Assembly (NCBI GenBank): GCA_048940605.1
Contig: JBHLOJ010000005.1
Location: 8,254-72,253, forward strand
From: Promethearchaeota archaeon
Lineage (GTDB): Archaea > Asgardarchaeota > Lokiarchaeia > Sigyniarchaeales > SOKP01
Direction of reading: 5' to 3'
Length of the DNA stretch: 64,000 nt
Shown in pieces: positions 26,617 to 35,352 of this stretch. The notes beneath the pieces were generated by a model that was given only the letters and a program-made list of their open reading frames with translations, was not told the DNA's origin and made no database searches. Each line of letters begins with the position of its first letter. Within the stretch, counting starts at the first letter, position 1. The position numbers were made by a program, and so were the translations under genes.

Positions 26617-28416
26617 TCATGAAATAAATTTCAATCTTACAAGTTTAGATGGTAAAAATGCCTTATTTATAAAATCTACCAAAGTGAGATTATTTCTTTT
26701 AATATCATTCAATGAGATATATTCTATTGCTCCGTTTTGGATGAAAAATTGGTATTCTTCTTGTTTTTTAACCCTTTCTAACAGGTTAATTTCTGCGTTT
26801 TTTTTAAAATGAGTAGAATTAGTATAGTAAAAGGTACCTCCACTAGCTTGAGGTATCGCAATTTTAGGAAAATGCTTTAAATCTAAATTAGCAAAACGAA
26901 AGGGTGCCTTCTTTGAGACATTTTCACTTAATACATATAACTTATTATATTTTCTTGAGAATTCTAAACATAACTGATTCATCTTATTTAGTATTCTTTT
27001 CCCTAAATTGAAAGCATCTGTATGTTCATGTAAGTCAAAATCAGTCAAAAATTTAACTGCTTCATTTAATCCTATAAAACTTATTGATAATTGTTGATCA
27101 TTTAGATTGTATAACAATTTTTCATTAATTACGCCACCACATAATGGTAAATGTTTTGATTTCACCCTTTTCTTTATTATTTCATATTTTTTCAATAAAA
27201 TCTGGGAAGATATTTCCATGTGAATAGCAATAATCTCTAAGAAATTTCCCTCATCTTTACTTATATAAGCATATCGTGGGAGGTTCAAACATACTTCTTG
27301 AAGGATTCCTGAGTTAATATAACCAGCTGAAGTTATTAACTCAATTTCTTTATTTGTTAATGGTTTTATACTGGAATTAACAAGTATGGGTGTTCTCATA
27401 GTGTTAATCTCATTCCAAATATTCGAATACACTTCGTTGAACTCATCTAACCATTTTTTATTTAACAATACCTCATGCTTTGGAGTATTAAACGGATGGT
27501 TGTTGTCGTCCCCTTTATTGAAAGCGATTGTAAGTGCATTAAACAATTTTAGACATTCTTCACTATAGTCTCCATACTTACCTCTAGTATTACTAATAAT
27601 TGGAGCTTGTAAAAACGGTTCAAAAACAGTAGGCCCCGTTTGGATGGAACTCGAAGAAATTGTACTTCCTGTTAAAAAAGATAAATGGTTTAATTCATAG
27701 AGAAAGTTTTTCATTGCAGAAATTAGATCTGAGTCTTTTACATCTTTAATGTAAGGTGATAAACATATTATTAAATGTTTATATCCTTGATTTCCACAAA
27801 ACTCATTTTGCGTTAATGCTAGCCATTTAACTAGATGATGAATTGCTTGTTTTAAATTGTTAGCTGGTTTTAATTTACAGCAAGGGATGAAATTTTTAAT
27901 AGGTGGTATTCCATTCTCTAATATCATACGAGGATCCCAAATTTGGGTCAAAGGTCTTAAATCAAAATATCTTAGTTTATGAATATGGAGATCTCCAGAT
28001 AAATGGGCAGCTGATTCTTCGCTCGTTAAAATTTTTAAATGAGCATATTCTTCAGAAATTCGATTCGCAGCCCTATTATGAATTTTTTCAGGATTAATAA
28101 TTTTTTTTGGATGCTCATCAAATCCACTCTCAAGAATTTTTTCATAGTCCATTAAAGGAATCCCGATTCTTGTGTATAATTTGCGTTCATTTTCAAAGTG
28201 TTGTTCAGAAAGAATTGAACATACAATTTCCCTTATATGTGGCCCTGAGAGAAATTTTATCCCAGAACTAATAATCCTTCTAACTACGAGTTCTGTTATT
28301 TTATTAGCATTCGCTTCGCTCATTCCAGTTTCTTTTATAATACTCTCAAAAATTCTCGATGATTCAAATTCTGCTAGATCCCCTTCAGTTCTAAAAACTT
28401 TTGGAAATAAGTCCAT
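26617..28416 (-). CDS. class III ribonucleotide reductase (NrdD)-like protein lacking the glycyl-radical C-terminus
   Basis: ATP-cone-like N-terminus. GDLHIHKLRY (NrdD GDIHYHDLDY), LNLPRYAY (NrdD LNLPRIAL), FYYTNSTHF (NrdD GYYTNSFHL). The ORF ends soon after, with no Zn-ribbon and no RVCGY motif. Confidence 0.6.
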   Translation of the reverse strand: MDLFPKVFRTEGDLAEFESSRIFESIIKETGMSEANANKITELVVRRIISSGIKFLSGPHIREIVCSILSEQHFENERKLYTRIGIPLMDYEKILESGFDEHPKKIINPEKIHNRAANRISEEYAHLKILTSEESAAHLSGDLHIHKLRYFDLRPLTQIWDPRMILENGIPPIKNFIPCCKLKPANNLKQAIHHLVKWLALTQNEFCGNQGYKHLIICLSPYIKDVKDSDLISAMKNFLYELNHLSFLTGSTISSSSIQTGPTVFEPFLQAPIISNTRGKYGDYSEECLKLFNALTIAFNKGDDNNHPFNTPKHEVLLNKKWLDEFNEVYSNIWNEINTMRTPILVNSSIKPLTNKEIELITSAGYINSGILQEVCLNLPRYAYISKDEGNFLEIIAIHMEISSQILLKKYEIIKKRVKSKHLPLCGGVINEKLLYNLNDQQLSISFIGLNEAVKFLTDFDLHEHTDAFNLGKRILNKMNQLCLEFSRKYNKLYVLSENVSKKAPFRFANLDLKHFPKIAIPQASGGTFYYTNSTHFKKNAEINLLERVKKQEEYQFFIQNGAIEYISLNDIKRNNLTLVDFINKAFLPSKLVRLKFIS

Positions 28417-28571
28417 GGTGGGTATATAAGAAGTTTGTTATATAGAATTAAAAAATATCTATTGAATTATTATATTCAAGAGATTTAAAAAACTCAATTA
28501 TTAATGGATTAAATAGAAGTCTTTTTTAGAATTTCAATACGCCCTATGGTTTATTTTATGAAGTTGATAAT

Positions 28572-29402
28572 GTGGAATATATGTTAAATTCATATTCTGA
28601 ATCTTCTCTTCATGATTTTTTTACTGAGATTCACAACATTTTGAGAGAAACAAATCCTAAAATAATTGAGATATGGTGTGAAATATCAAAAATTTCCTTT
28701 TTTAATAGATTGGAAAAGACAGAGTTTTATGAATTTATAGATAAATTTGATTTTATATCTCTCAGAAAGGGGAATTATATCTATTATATCGTAATTAATA
28801 AGATTTTATTTATTATTGATTGTATGAGCTTCCTGAAATATGACATCATCTATCTTTCTGAAATTTTAGACTATAATGGATTTGAGGTTTTAATAAAGGA
28901 GATTTTATTAAGAAATAATTATAAGGCAATAACTAATTTTAGATTTTCTGTGAACCCAAAGTTAAAGTTAAAATCAAACATTCATCATAAGAGATATGAG
29001 ATTGATGTTATTGGAATTTATTTAAAATATGTTATAATCATTGATGCAAAACAATGGAGGCGTAAAGATTCCTATGGATCACTAAATAGGGCAGCAAATC
29101 TACAATATAACCGTATTATGGCGTTAACACAAAATCCAGAAGCTTTTTTAAGACTTATTATTTCAATCTTAGGTGAAAGGTTCGATGTAGGGGGGCGTTT
29201 CTCTTTCATTCTTCTGCCTATAATGGTTACTCTCGAAGATAACAGCATAAAGTTAAATGAAAATCAGATACCACTGGTGTCAATACACGAATTGAATGCT
29301 TTTTTACAAGAGATCCCTAATAATCTAAATTATTTTAAAACTCTTCAAATTGATAAAGAAATTCTTAATAAGAATATAAATTATTTTTCTAAGCCCAAGT
29401 AG
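28572..29402 (+). CDS. hypothetical protein with a putative PD-(D/E)xK (Mrr-cat/NERD-like) nuclease core
   Basis: GFEVLIKEILLRNNY ... YEIDVIG ... VIIIDAKQW fits the FE..v..ll / D / (D/E)xK pattern of restriction-endonuclease-fold proteins. Confidence 0.4.
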   Translation: MEYMLNSYSESSLHDFFTEIHNILRETNPKIIEIWCEISKISFFNRLEKTEFYEFIDKFDFISLRKGNYIYYIVINKILFIIDCMSFLKYDIIYLSEILDYNGFEVLIKEILLRNNYKAITNFRFSVNPKLKLKSNIHHKRYEIDVIGIYLKYVIIIDAKQWRRKDSYGSLNRAANLQYNRIMALTQNPEAFLRLIISILGERFDVGGRFSFILLPIMVTLEDNSIKLNENQIPLVSIHELNAFLQEIPNNLNYFKTLQIDKEILNKNINYFSKPK

Positions 29403-30421
29403 TATTTTATTTGCTTTTTTATGAGATTAATAGCAATAGAAATAATCCCACTTTTCACTTTGGGATGAGAAAATAGAATTAATATCATATCTTTTAAATT
29501 TGGATTTTCTCTATCGATGGGTGCCAAATCTAATATACCTTCACTTCCTTTAACACTTATGGATTTAAGGTTTCCTGCACTTAATCCATGAATAATATCA
29601 GAACCAATCATTGAAAGATTCATTCCAATTGTACTAAACAATGATTCAGAAATCCTACTTGAAATAGCTGAAGCTAACATTGTTCCATCTGTTTTTATAA
29701 TCGCTGAAGCTTCAATTCGAGAATCAAGTGTAATTAATTCGTTTAAAATTTCATTCATGTTGGCGGGAGGTATTTTTTTCTCAGGCTCTATTTTAGCTTT
29801 TGATTCGGTTACATGTGGTTCTAATTTCTTTACCGAAATTTTTTTTGATAAGAAACTTAAAACCTCAGTCATATCTTTTTCTAGTCTTTTTTGTTTTAAT
29901 AAAGAAACCTCGGTTTCATCCGTCCTGGAAGGAATAGGTTCTAATGAAGGTTTTAGTTCTTCTTTCTCCTCTTCGAGCATTGATTGTTTAAGTTCTGAAA
30001 ATGCATCAGAAATGGGATCTTTTCTATTTGGTATTAGTGAACTCTGGAATGGTTTTGGTGGTATTTCTTGTAGTGCTTGGCTATTATCTCTTTCTATTTC
30101 TCGTTCAGTTTCGCTTAAACCATCATTAAAAGAATCGATTTCACCCATCTTGCTGTCTTCTGATGGGATTTCATCAAGATTTAATTCTATATCTTTTGGA
30201 ATTTCCTGTAATTTAACCTTTTCTTCCTTTTCATCTATAGTTTCAATTGATATCTCAATCCTTTCACGAGGAGATAATTCTTGATCTATTTTTTCCGATT
30301 TCTTTTTCTTGGATTTTTTTCTATCAGACTTGGAAGAGATTGGGAGTAAAGCCCCACATTTTCTACACGTACGGCTCACTGCTTCGTTATTTGTTGTACC
30401 ACAGTTCTGGCATATGATCAT
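29381..30421 (-). CDS. Zn-ribbon + disordered K/E-rich linker + Roadblock/LC7 (MglB-like) domain protein
   Basis: N-terminal CQNCG...CRKCG. C-terminal EASAIIKTDGTMLASAISS...LFSTIGMNLSMIGSDII...LKSISVKGSEGILDLAPI is a typical Roadblock/LC7 pattern. Strong SD GGAGGGGAG lies 8 nt upstream of the ATG. Confidence 0.75.
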   Translation of the reverse strand: MIICQNCGTTNNEAVSRTCRKCGALLPISSKSDRKKSKKKKSEKIDQELSPRERIEISIETIDEKEEKVKLQEIPKDIELNLDEIPSEDSKMGEIDSFNDGLSETEREIERDNSQALQEIPPKPFQSSLIPNRKDPISDAFSELKQSMLEEEKEELKPSLEPIPSRTDETEVSLLKQKRLEKDMTEVLSFLSKKISVKKLEPHVTESKAKIEPEKKIPPANMNEILNELITLDSRIEASAIIKTDGTMLASAISSRISESLFSTIGMNLSMIGSDIIHGLSAGNLKSISVKGSEGILDLAPIDRENPNLKDMILILFSHPKVKSGIISIAINLIKKQIKYYLGLEK

Positions 30422-30657
30422 AGCTTTATCTCCCCTCCATGAATTTAGATTACTAAAAAATTATAATAGGTATATATTCTCACAAAATTTAAGCATGAAT
30501 CTTTAATATATTTATAGTAAATTTATCAATTTTTTGTTTTTAGTTTTTACTGTATAATTTATTAATGAAAATTTGATTTTATTAATATTAGCTACAAAAA
30601 ATTAAGTGTTTAATATGTGCTTATAGAGTAGATTTAAGAGAAATATAGGAATTTTTC

Positions 30658-31635
30658 CTACTTATAAATAATCTCTTTAATTATATTTGCAAAAGTTTCA
30701 AAATCTTCTTTTTGAAAAACGGGATCATCCTTAAGTAACAATAAATAATAGGGAGTTGACTCTTTTTTCAATGTTATCTGTTTAAATATAAAATTTTTTC
30801 CAAATCTTTGGAGTAGCATCCTATCTTCGTATCTATTTTCTTGTACTCCCGTATATTGGAGTGAATCTGAAAGGGTAAGAAAATAAGGTGTCGAAGCGGT
30901 GAGTAAATGCTTAGTTTCTTCATTCTTATAATATGCACCAATCACTAGAGAGTTATCATCAATAACCACCACTCCTTCTGAGTCAATTTTCTTGGCAAAC
31001 TCGATTATTGTTTTTTCAATGAGTTCCGATTTTGGATATAAGCTTAGTAGAATTTCTGACATTGCCCTTATAATAGTTCCAAAATCATAAATGGAAGTCT
31101 CATAAAAATATATTTCCTTATAATCAGTAGCGCTTTTTACTTTCTCTTTTAAATCTATGATGAGATTTTCCATTTCATTTCGTGCTCCTCTTCGTAAGGC
31201 AGGATCATATTTATGAAGAAATACATATATGGGAGGTTCAATTTCTAATTCATAAAATTGTTTAATTACATCCTTAAAATAGCTAATAGCTTCAGGGATT
31301 CTGGGTTTATTTTGAACATCGATAACATAGATTGCAATTTCAGTACCCTCGAAAAATTTACCTGGATTCTTTAAATATGAGATTCTATAGCTAATTTGTC
31401 CACCTAAATCCCATTCTGAGATTTCTTTTCCTAGAAAATCGAAAACCCTTCTTTGGGCACCTCTAGTTGGAGATAATACAGCAATTTTTGAAAATTCTCT
31501 TTGAAGAGACAGTATAATGCTGGTCTTCCCCGCATCATCCAATCCAGTGAATAATAATTTTGAGGGCTCTGGTTTCTGTGGCTCTTCCTTTTTCAAATAC
31601 ATTATTGATTGTTTTAGATCTTTCTCCAAAGTCAA
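30658..31635 (-). CDS. Rag/Gtr1-family GTPase (G domain + C-terminal roadblock domain)
   Basis: 325 aa (human RagA is 313 aa). G1 GLDDAGKTS, G3 WDLGGQ. G4 is HKYD, which matches the Rag-type HKxD rather than NKxD. AIYVIDV (RagA LIYVFDV). ETSIYDFGTIIRAMSEILLSLYPKS (RagA [23 protein letters not shown]). Roadblock-like C-terminal 125 aa. Confidence 0.75.
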   Translation of the reverse strand: MTLEKDLKQSIMYLKKEEPQKPEPSKLLFTGLDDAGKTSIILSLQREFSKIAVLSPTRGAQRRVFDFLGKEISEWDLGGQISYRISYLKNPGKFFEGTEIAIYVIDVQNKPRIPEAISYFKDVIKQFYELEIEPPIYVFLHKYDPALRRGARNEMENLIIDLKEKVKSATDYKEIYFYETSIYDFGTIIRAMSEILLSLYPKSELIEKTIIEFAKKIDSEGVVVIDDNSLVIGAYYKNEETKHLLTASTPYFLTLSDSLQYTGVQENRYEDRMLLQRFGKNFIFKQITLKKESTPYYLLLLKDDPVFQKEDFETFANIIKEIIYK

Positions 31636-31725
31636 ATTTCACCTTTACACTTATAAAAAGCAATTTATTAATATATATTCTTTTGTAAGATAAAATATGA
31701 TCTTATCGTTTATTTAAATTACGGA

Positions 31726-33093
31726 TTATAAATTATTAGTAATAAATAATTTAAAATCTTCATATTCCTTAATTTCTATTGGATTAGGGAATTCCTTTCT
31801 ATTTTGAATGATCTCCAGTGCATTAGGTAGTTTTGGTTTAACTTTTATTAATGAGATAATTTCATCTGGAAATTTTGCGGGATCAGCAGTTTCAAAGGTA
31901 ATAGATTTAATTTGTTTATGAGAAGAATAATTTTTACGATAGGTTTGAAGAGCTGCCCATCCTACAGCACCATGTGGTTCGATAATTTTTTTATATCTTC
32001 TATAAAAATCTATTATTGTTTCTCTTGTTAAATTATCACTTATAGAATAAGAAATTATATTATCTCTTAGTTTTTCCATATCTGGACTTTTTAAAATAGA
32101 TCCATTTTCATCAATTTGACCCTGATATAAATCAAAGATACGGGCTAAATTGCTGGGGTTCCCAACATTCATAGCAGATGATAAGCAATTTCTTGATGGT
32201 TCAATTTTGTTGTAAATTCCAGAACTTAAAAATTTCGGAAACTCGTCATTCTCATTCACAGCCGAGACAAATTTACCTAGAGGCAATTCCATTCTAGATG
32301 CTATAATACCAGCTGTAAGATTGCCAAAATTACCTGAGGGTACTGAAAAAATGACTTTTTCATTTGGGTGTTGGATAATTCGTGAATAACTCCAAAAGTA
32401 ATAAATAGTTTGAGGAATAAGACGACCAATGTTAATAGAATTTGCAGATGACAAGTTAAAATCCTGTAAATCTTTATCTGCAAAAGCAGTTTTAATAATT
32501 CTTTGGCAATCATCAAATTTTCCATTTATGCCTATTGCTGTAACATTTTTTCCTAAGGTGGTCATTTGTTTTCTTTGAAGTAGACTAATTTCATCTTTCG
32601 GATAGAGAACAACAACTCTAATTCTTGACATTTCATGAAATGCCTGTGCAACTGCGCCTCCCGTATCACCTGAAGTTGCTGTTAATATTATTATTTCTTT
32701 ATCTTCAGTTGAGAGGAAATATTCCATTATTCTTGCTAAGACTCTTGCTCCAAAATCCTTGAAACTACAAGTAGGACCTTTACTTAGATAGCAAAGATAA
32801 TCAAATTTTTCAATTTTTTCCAATCCAATTTCAAAATTTAGAGCATTATGTATAATTTTTCTTAAAGACTGTTCTGGTATTTGCTCTTTAAGAATTTTAG
32901 ATAAGACCTTAAACGCAATTTCTTGTAAATTTAAATCTCCAAAACTAAATATCTCTTGATGTTCCAGAGTTGGAATTCTATTTAACATGTACAAACCTTT
33001 ATCTGAAGCTTGGCCTTTTAAGATGGCAGTCTTAAAGTCGACATCTGGAGCGCTGTAATTTGTTGAGTGAAATTTTATCATAACCGATCTCAT
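31726..33093 (-). CDS. thrC: threonine synthase
   Basis: PLP-lysine motif TCSFKDFGARV, TATSGDTGGAV and SGNFGN, with threonine synthase length and order. Confidence 0.85.
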   Translation of the reverse strand: MRSVMIKFHSTNYSAPDVDFKTAILKGQASDKGLYMLNRIPTLEHQEIFSFGDLNLQEIAFKVLSKILKEQIPEQSLRKIIHNALNFEIGLEKIEKFDYLCYLSKGPTCSFKDFGARVLARIMEYFLSTEDKEIIILTATSGDTGGAVAQAFHEMSRIRVVVLYPKDEISLLQRKQMTTLGKNVTAIGINGKFDDCQRIIKTAFADKDLQDFNLSSANSINIGRLIPQTIYYFWSYSRIIQHPNEKVIFSVPSGNFGNLTAGIIASRMELPLGKFVSAVNENDEFPKFLSSGIYNKIEPSRNCLSSAMNVGNPSNLARIFDLYQGQIDENGSILKSPDMEKLRDNIISYSISDNLTRETIIDFYRRYKKIIEPHGAVGWAALQTYRKNYSSHKQIKSITFETADPAKFPDEIISLIKVKPKLPNALEIIQNRKEFPNPIEIKEYEDFKLFITNNL

Positions 33094-33099
33094 TTATAT

Positions 33100-33642
33100 C
33101 TATTTTAATAATTCGTTGATTTTGTTGATTGCTTCTAGTGGAGAACTTACACCATATATCATGTCATTTCTTCTATTATCTAACTTTTGATTAGCCATCT
33201 TAGAAGACCAACCTTGAACAGATGATAAGGCAACTAAAGGTTTATCATATATCCAGGCAAAACAAATCTCAGATAAAGTTCCTGCTTTACCACTAATGGC
33301 TAAACATAAATCACCTGTAAGAACGACAACAATATTTCTAGCTTGGGAAAAGGGACAAGGTATTACAAGATCTACGTATTTATTAGCATAGTTTTTTTCT
33401 GTATGAGGAATAATACCGATAGTAAAACCGCCCTCTTCTTTAGCACCTTTACATATTGCTTCCATTACGCCAGAAAGTCCCCCACATGCCACAGCATAAT
33501 TATTTTTTGCGATTAATCTACCAATTTCTATAGTAATATTTTCTATCTCTTTATCAATTTCACTAGCTCCAATAACAGAAATTACCGCTTTAAACTTATT
33601 TTTAAAATTAAAACTCATAAAGTCATATCCCCATCTTGTCAA
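33100..33642 (-). CDS. TIGR00725/LOG-like Rossmann-fold nucleotide-binding protein
   Basis: VIGAS....., GGLSGVMEAICKGAKEEGGFTIGIIP, SGKAGTLSE. Confidence 0.65.
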   Translation of the reverse strand: MTRWGYDFMSFNFKNKFKAVISVIGASEIDKEIENITIEIGRLIAKNNYAVACGGLSGVMEAICKGAKEEGGFTIGIIPHTEKNYANKYVDLVIPCPFSQARNIVVVLTGDLCLAISGKAGTLSEICFAWIYDKPLVALSSVQGWSSKMANQKLDNRRNDMIYGVSSPLEAINKINELLK

Positions 33643-33653
33643 TTAAAAATCAA

Positions 33654-34685
33654 CTAAGTTGTATAACCTCTTTTTATTGATATAGCAATTAAATCGTTTA
33701 TAATAGCAGATGCTGCTTCAAAGCTTCCTGCACCTCTCCCCATTAAAAGTATTGGTCCTGCATATTTAGTTTCTAATTCCACTATATTAAAGGTTCCGTT
33801 AATATTAAGAGGAGAACTTTTATCAATTAAACGAGGTTCAACTGATAATTCACCATTTTCTGCTATTGCTAAATGTTTGATAACATAACCATCTGGTTTA
33901 ACTAATTCAATCGCGTGAGTAGTTACTTTCGAAATGCCTTCAACTTTAACGTCAGTAATAGTTTTTGACCATCCTAACAATTCATTTGCTAATATAACTA
34001 ACTTTCCAGCAGCATCATATCCATCGATATCTAAAGTAGGATCTGATTCAGCATATCCCAGTTCCTGCGCCTCTTTTAAAGCTAAAGGAAAATCAACGCC
34101 TTCTGCAGTCATTCTGCTTAAAATAAAGTTGGAAGTACCATTTAATATCGCTCTAATACTGAGAATTTCATTACCAATTAAATCTTCTTTAATCCCTAAT
34201 GAAGGAACACAACTTGCCACGGTTGCTTCAAATTTCACATAGCAATTATTTTGTTTAGCTAAATTCTTAATTTTATCATATTCCAGATAGAATGGTCCTT
34301 TATTTGAAGAAATTACATCAATACCATTATTGAGGGCTTCAATAATATGAGATAAACCAGGTTCTCCGGTTTTAGGGTTTGTAGGGGTAGTTTCTATGCA
34401 AATGGATATATCTAATTTAGAAATTAAATCAATAGCTTTTACATTTTTCCTCCAATAAGGCAAATTTCTAAAATTGTCACCGACATCTAGTACTTCTTTT
34501 AGATCAATTCCATTTTCATTAATAAGTGCTCCATCTATTTCAAAAATGGAATTCACTATAACGTTTAAATTAAATTTTTGTTCGAGAAACTGATTCTTTT
34601 CATATAATAATTGAATTAAACTAGTTCCAACTATACCTTTTCCAATTAGACAAATATTGACGTTCATCATTTTTATTAAATTCAA
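33654..34685 (-). CDS. hom: homoserine dehydrogenase
   Basis: N-terminal Rossmann motif LIGKGIVGT. SSNKGP, FEATVASCVP, ILNGTSNFILSRM, AQELGYAESDPTLDIDGYDAAGKL. Confidence 0.85.
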   Translation of the reverse strand: MNLIKMMNVNICLIGKGIVGTSLIQLLYEKNQFLEQKFNLNVIVNSIFEIDGALINENGIDLKEVLDVGDNFRNLPYWRKNVKAIDLISKLDISICIETTPTNPKTGEPGLSHIIEALNNGIDVISSNKGPFYLEYDKIKNLAKQNNCYVKFEATVASCVPSLGIKEDLIGNEILSIRAILNGTSNFILSRMTAEGVDFPLALKEAQELGYAESDPTLDIDGYDAAGKLVILANELLGWSKTITDVKVEGISKVTTHAIELVKPDGYVIKHLAIAENGELSVEPRLIDKSSPLNINGTFNIVELETKYAGPILLMGRGAGSFEAASAIINDLIAISIKRGYTT

Positions 34686-34765
34686 TTTAATATTATTCTG
34701 GATTTAGAGTAATTTTTGTCGGCAATTCGTCGTTTAATTTATTAAATCTAATAATCATTCTTTCA

Positions 34766-35257
34766 TCAGCTAGTAATTAAGAATAACTTTTTCTCCTCAC
34801 AAATTTTTCTTAGTTCATTATTAAGCTCCTTCTTATTCATATCTTCTGGGAATTCGATTTTTAGCTTAACATTACTCACTTCTTCTAATTCTGTAAACTT
34901 AGCTTGTAATTCTAACACATTTATATTTTTTGAAGCTAATCTTTTTATTGTATCCATCACATCTGTGTCAAATACGTGACCTGTTAAAATAATGGTAATT
35001 AGCTTCTTTTCAATCTCGTAATTTATATTCTCAATTTGAATATTTTTTTCTTTTAACTCTCTTTTTATATTTTTTATACTAATTTCTTGAATTTCCTCAT
35101 TCAATTCGAAAGTTACATTTACAGGGATTAAATTATTGATTTTTCTATCATGGAAGTGAAGTATCCCATAAATGTTTCCACCATTTTTAGAAATAGGTTT
35201 AATTAACTCAATTAAACTTCCAGGAGTATCTGGCAACTTTACTTCCAAATTTATCAT
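34766..35257 (-). CDS. ACT-domain protein (probable amino-acid-binding regulatory subunit)
   Basis: LEVKLPDTPGSLIELIKPISKNGGNI is an ACT-type beta-alpha start. A second ACT-like half follows. The gene lies directly upstream of hom. Confidence 0.55.
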   Translation of the reverse strand: MINLEVKLPDTPGSLIELIKPISKNGGNIYGILHFHDRKINNLIPVNVTFELNEEIQEISIKNIKRELKEKNIQIENINYEIEKKLITIILTGHVFDTDVMDTIKRLASKNINVLELQAKFTELEEVSNVKLKIEFPEDMNKKELNNELRKICEEKKLFLITS

Positions 35258-35352
35258 GATCTTTCTCCTCTATTTGAATATTCAAATCGGAACTTAAGAT
35301 TTTTGGATTATCGACTTGTGTACAATTCTATTAATAATTTTCAATATAAATT

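Noticed and set aside
24985-29402. Idea that GTPase + NrdD-like + nuclease-like genes form an anti-phage defence island.
   Set aside because: The flanking genes are housekeeping and there are no mobile-element hallmarks. The GTPase has paralogs across the window with Rag/roadblock features that fit a regulatory role better.
29757-30284. 175-aa Ser-rich plus-strand ORF opposite the Roadblock gene.
   Set aside because: It is antisense to the E/K-rich low-complexity linker. The Roadblock and Zn-ribbon motifs and a strong SD support the minus-strand gene.
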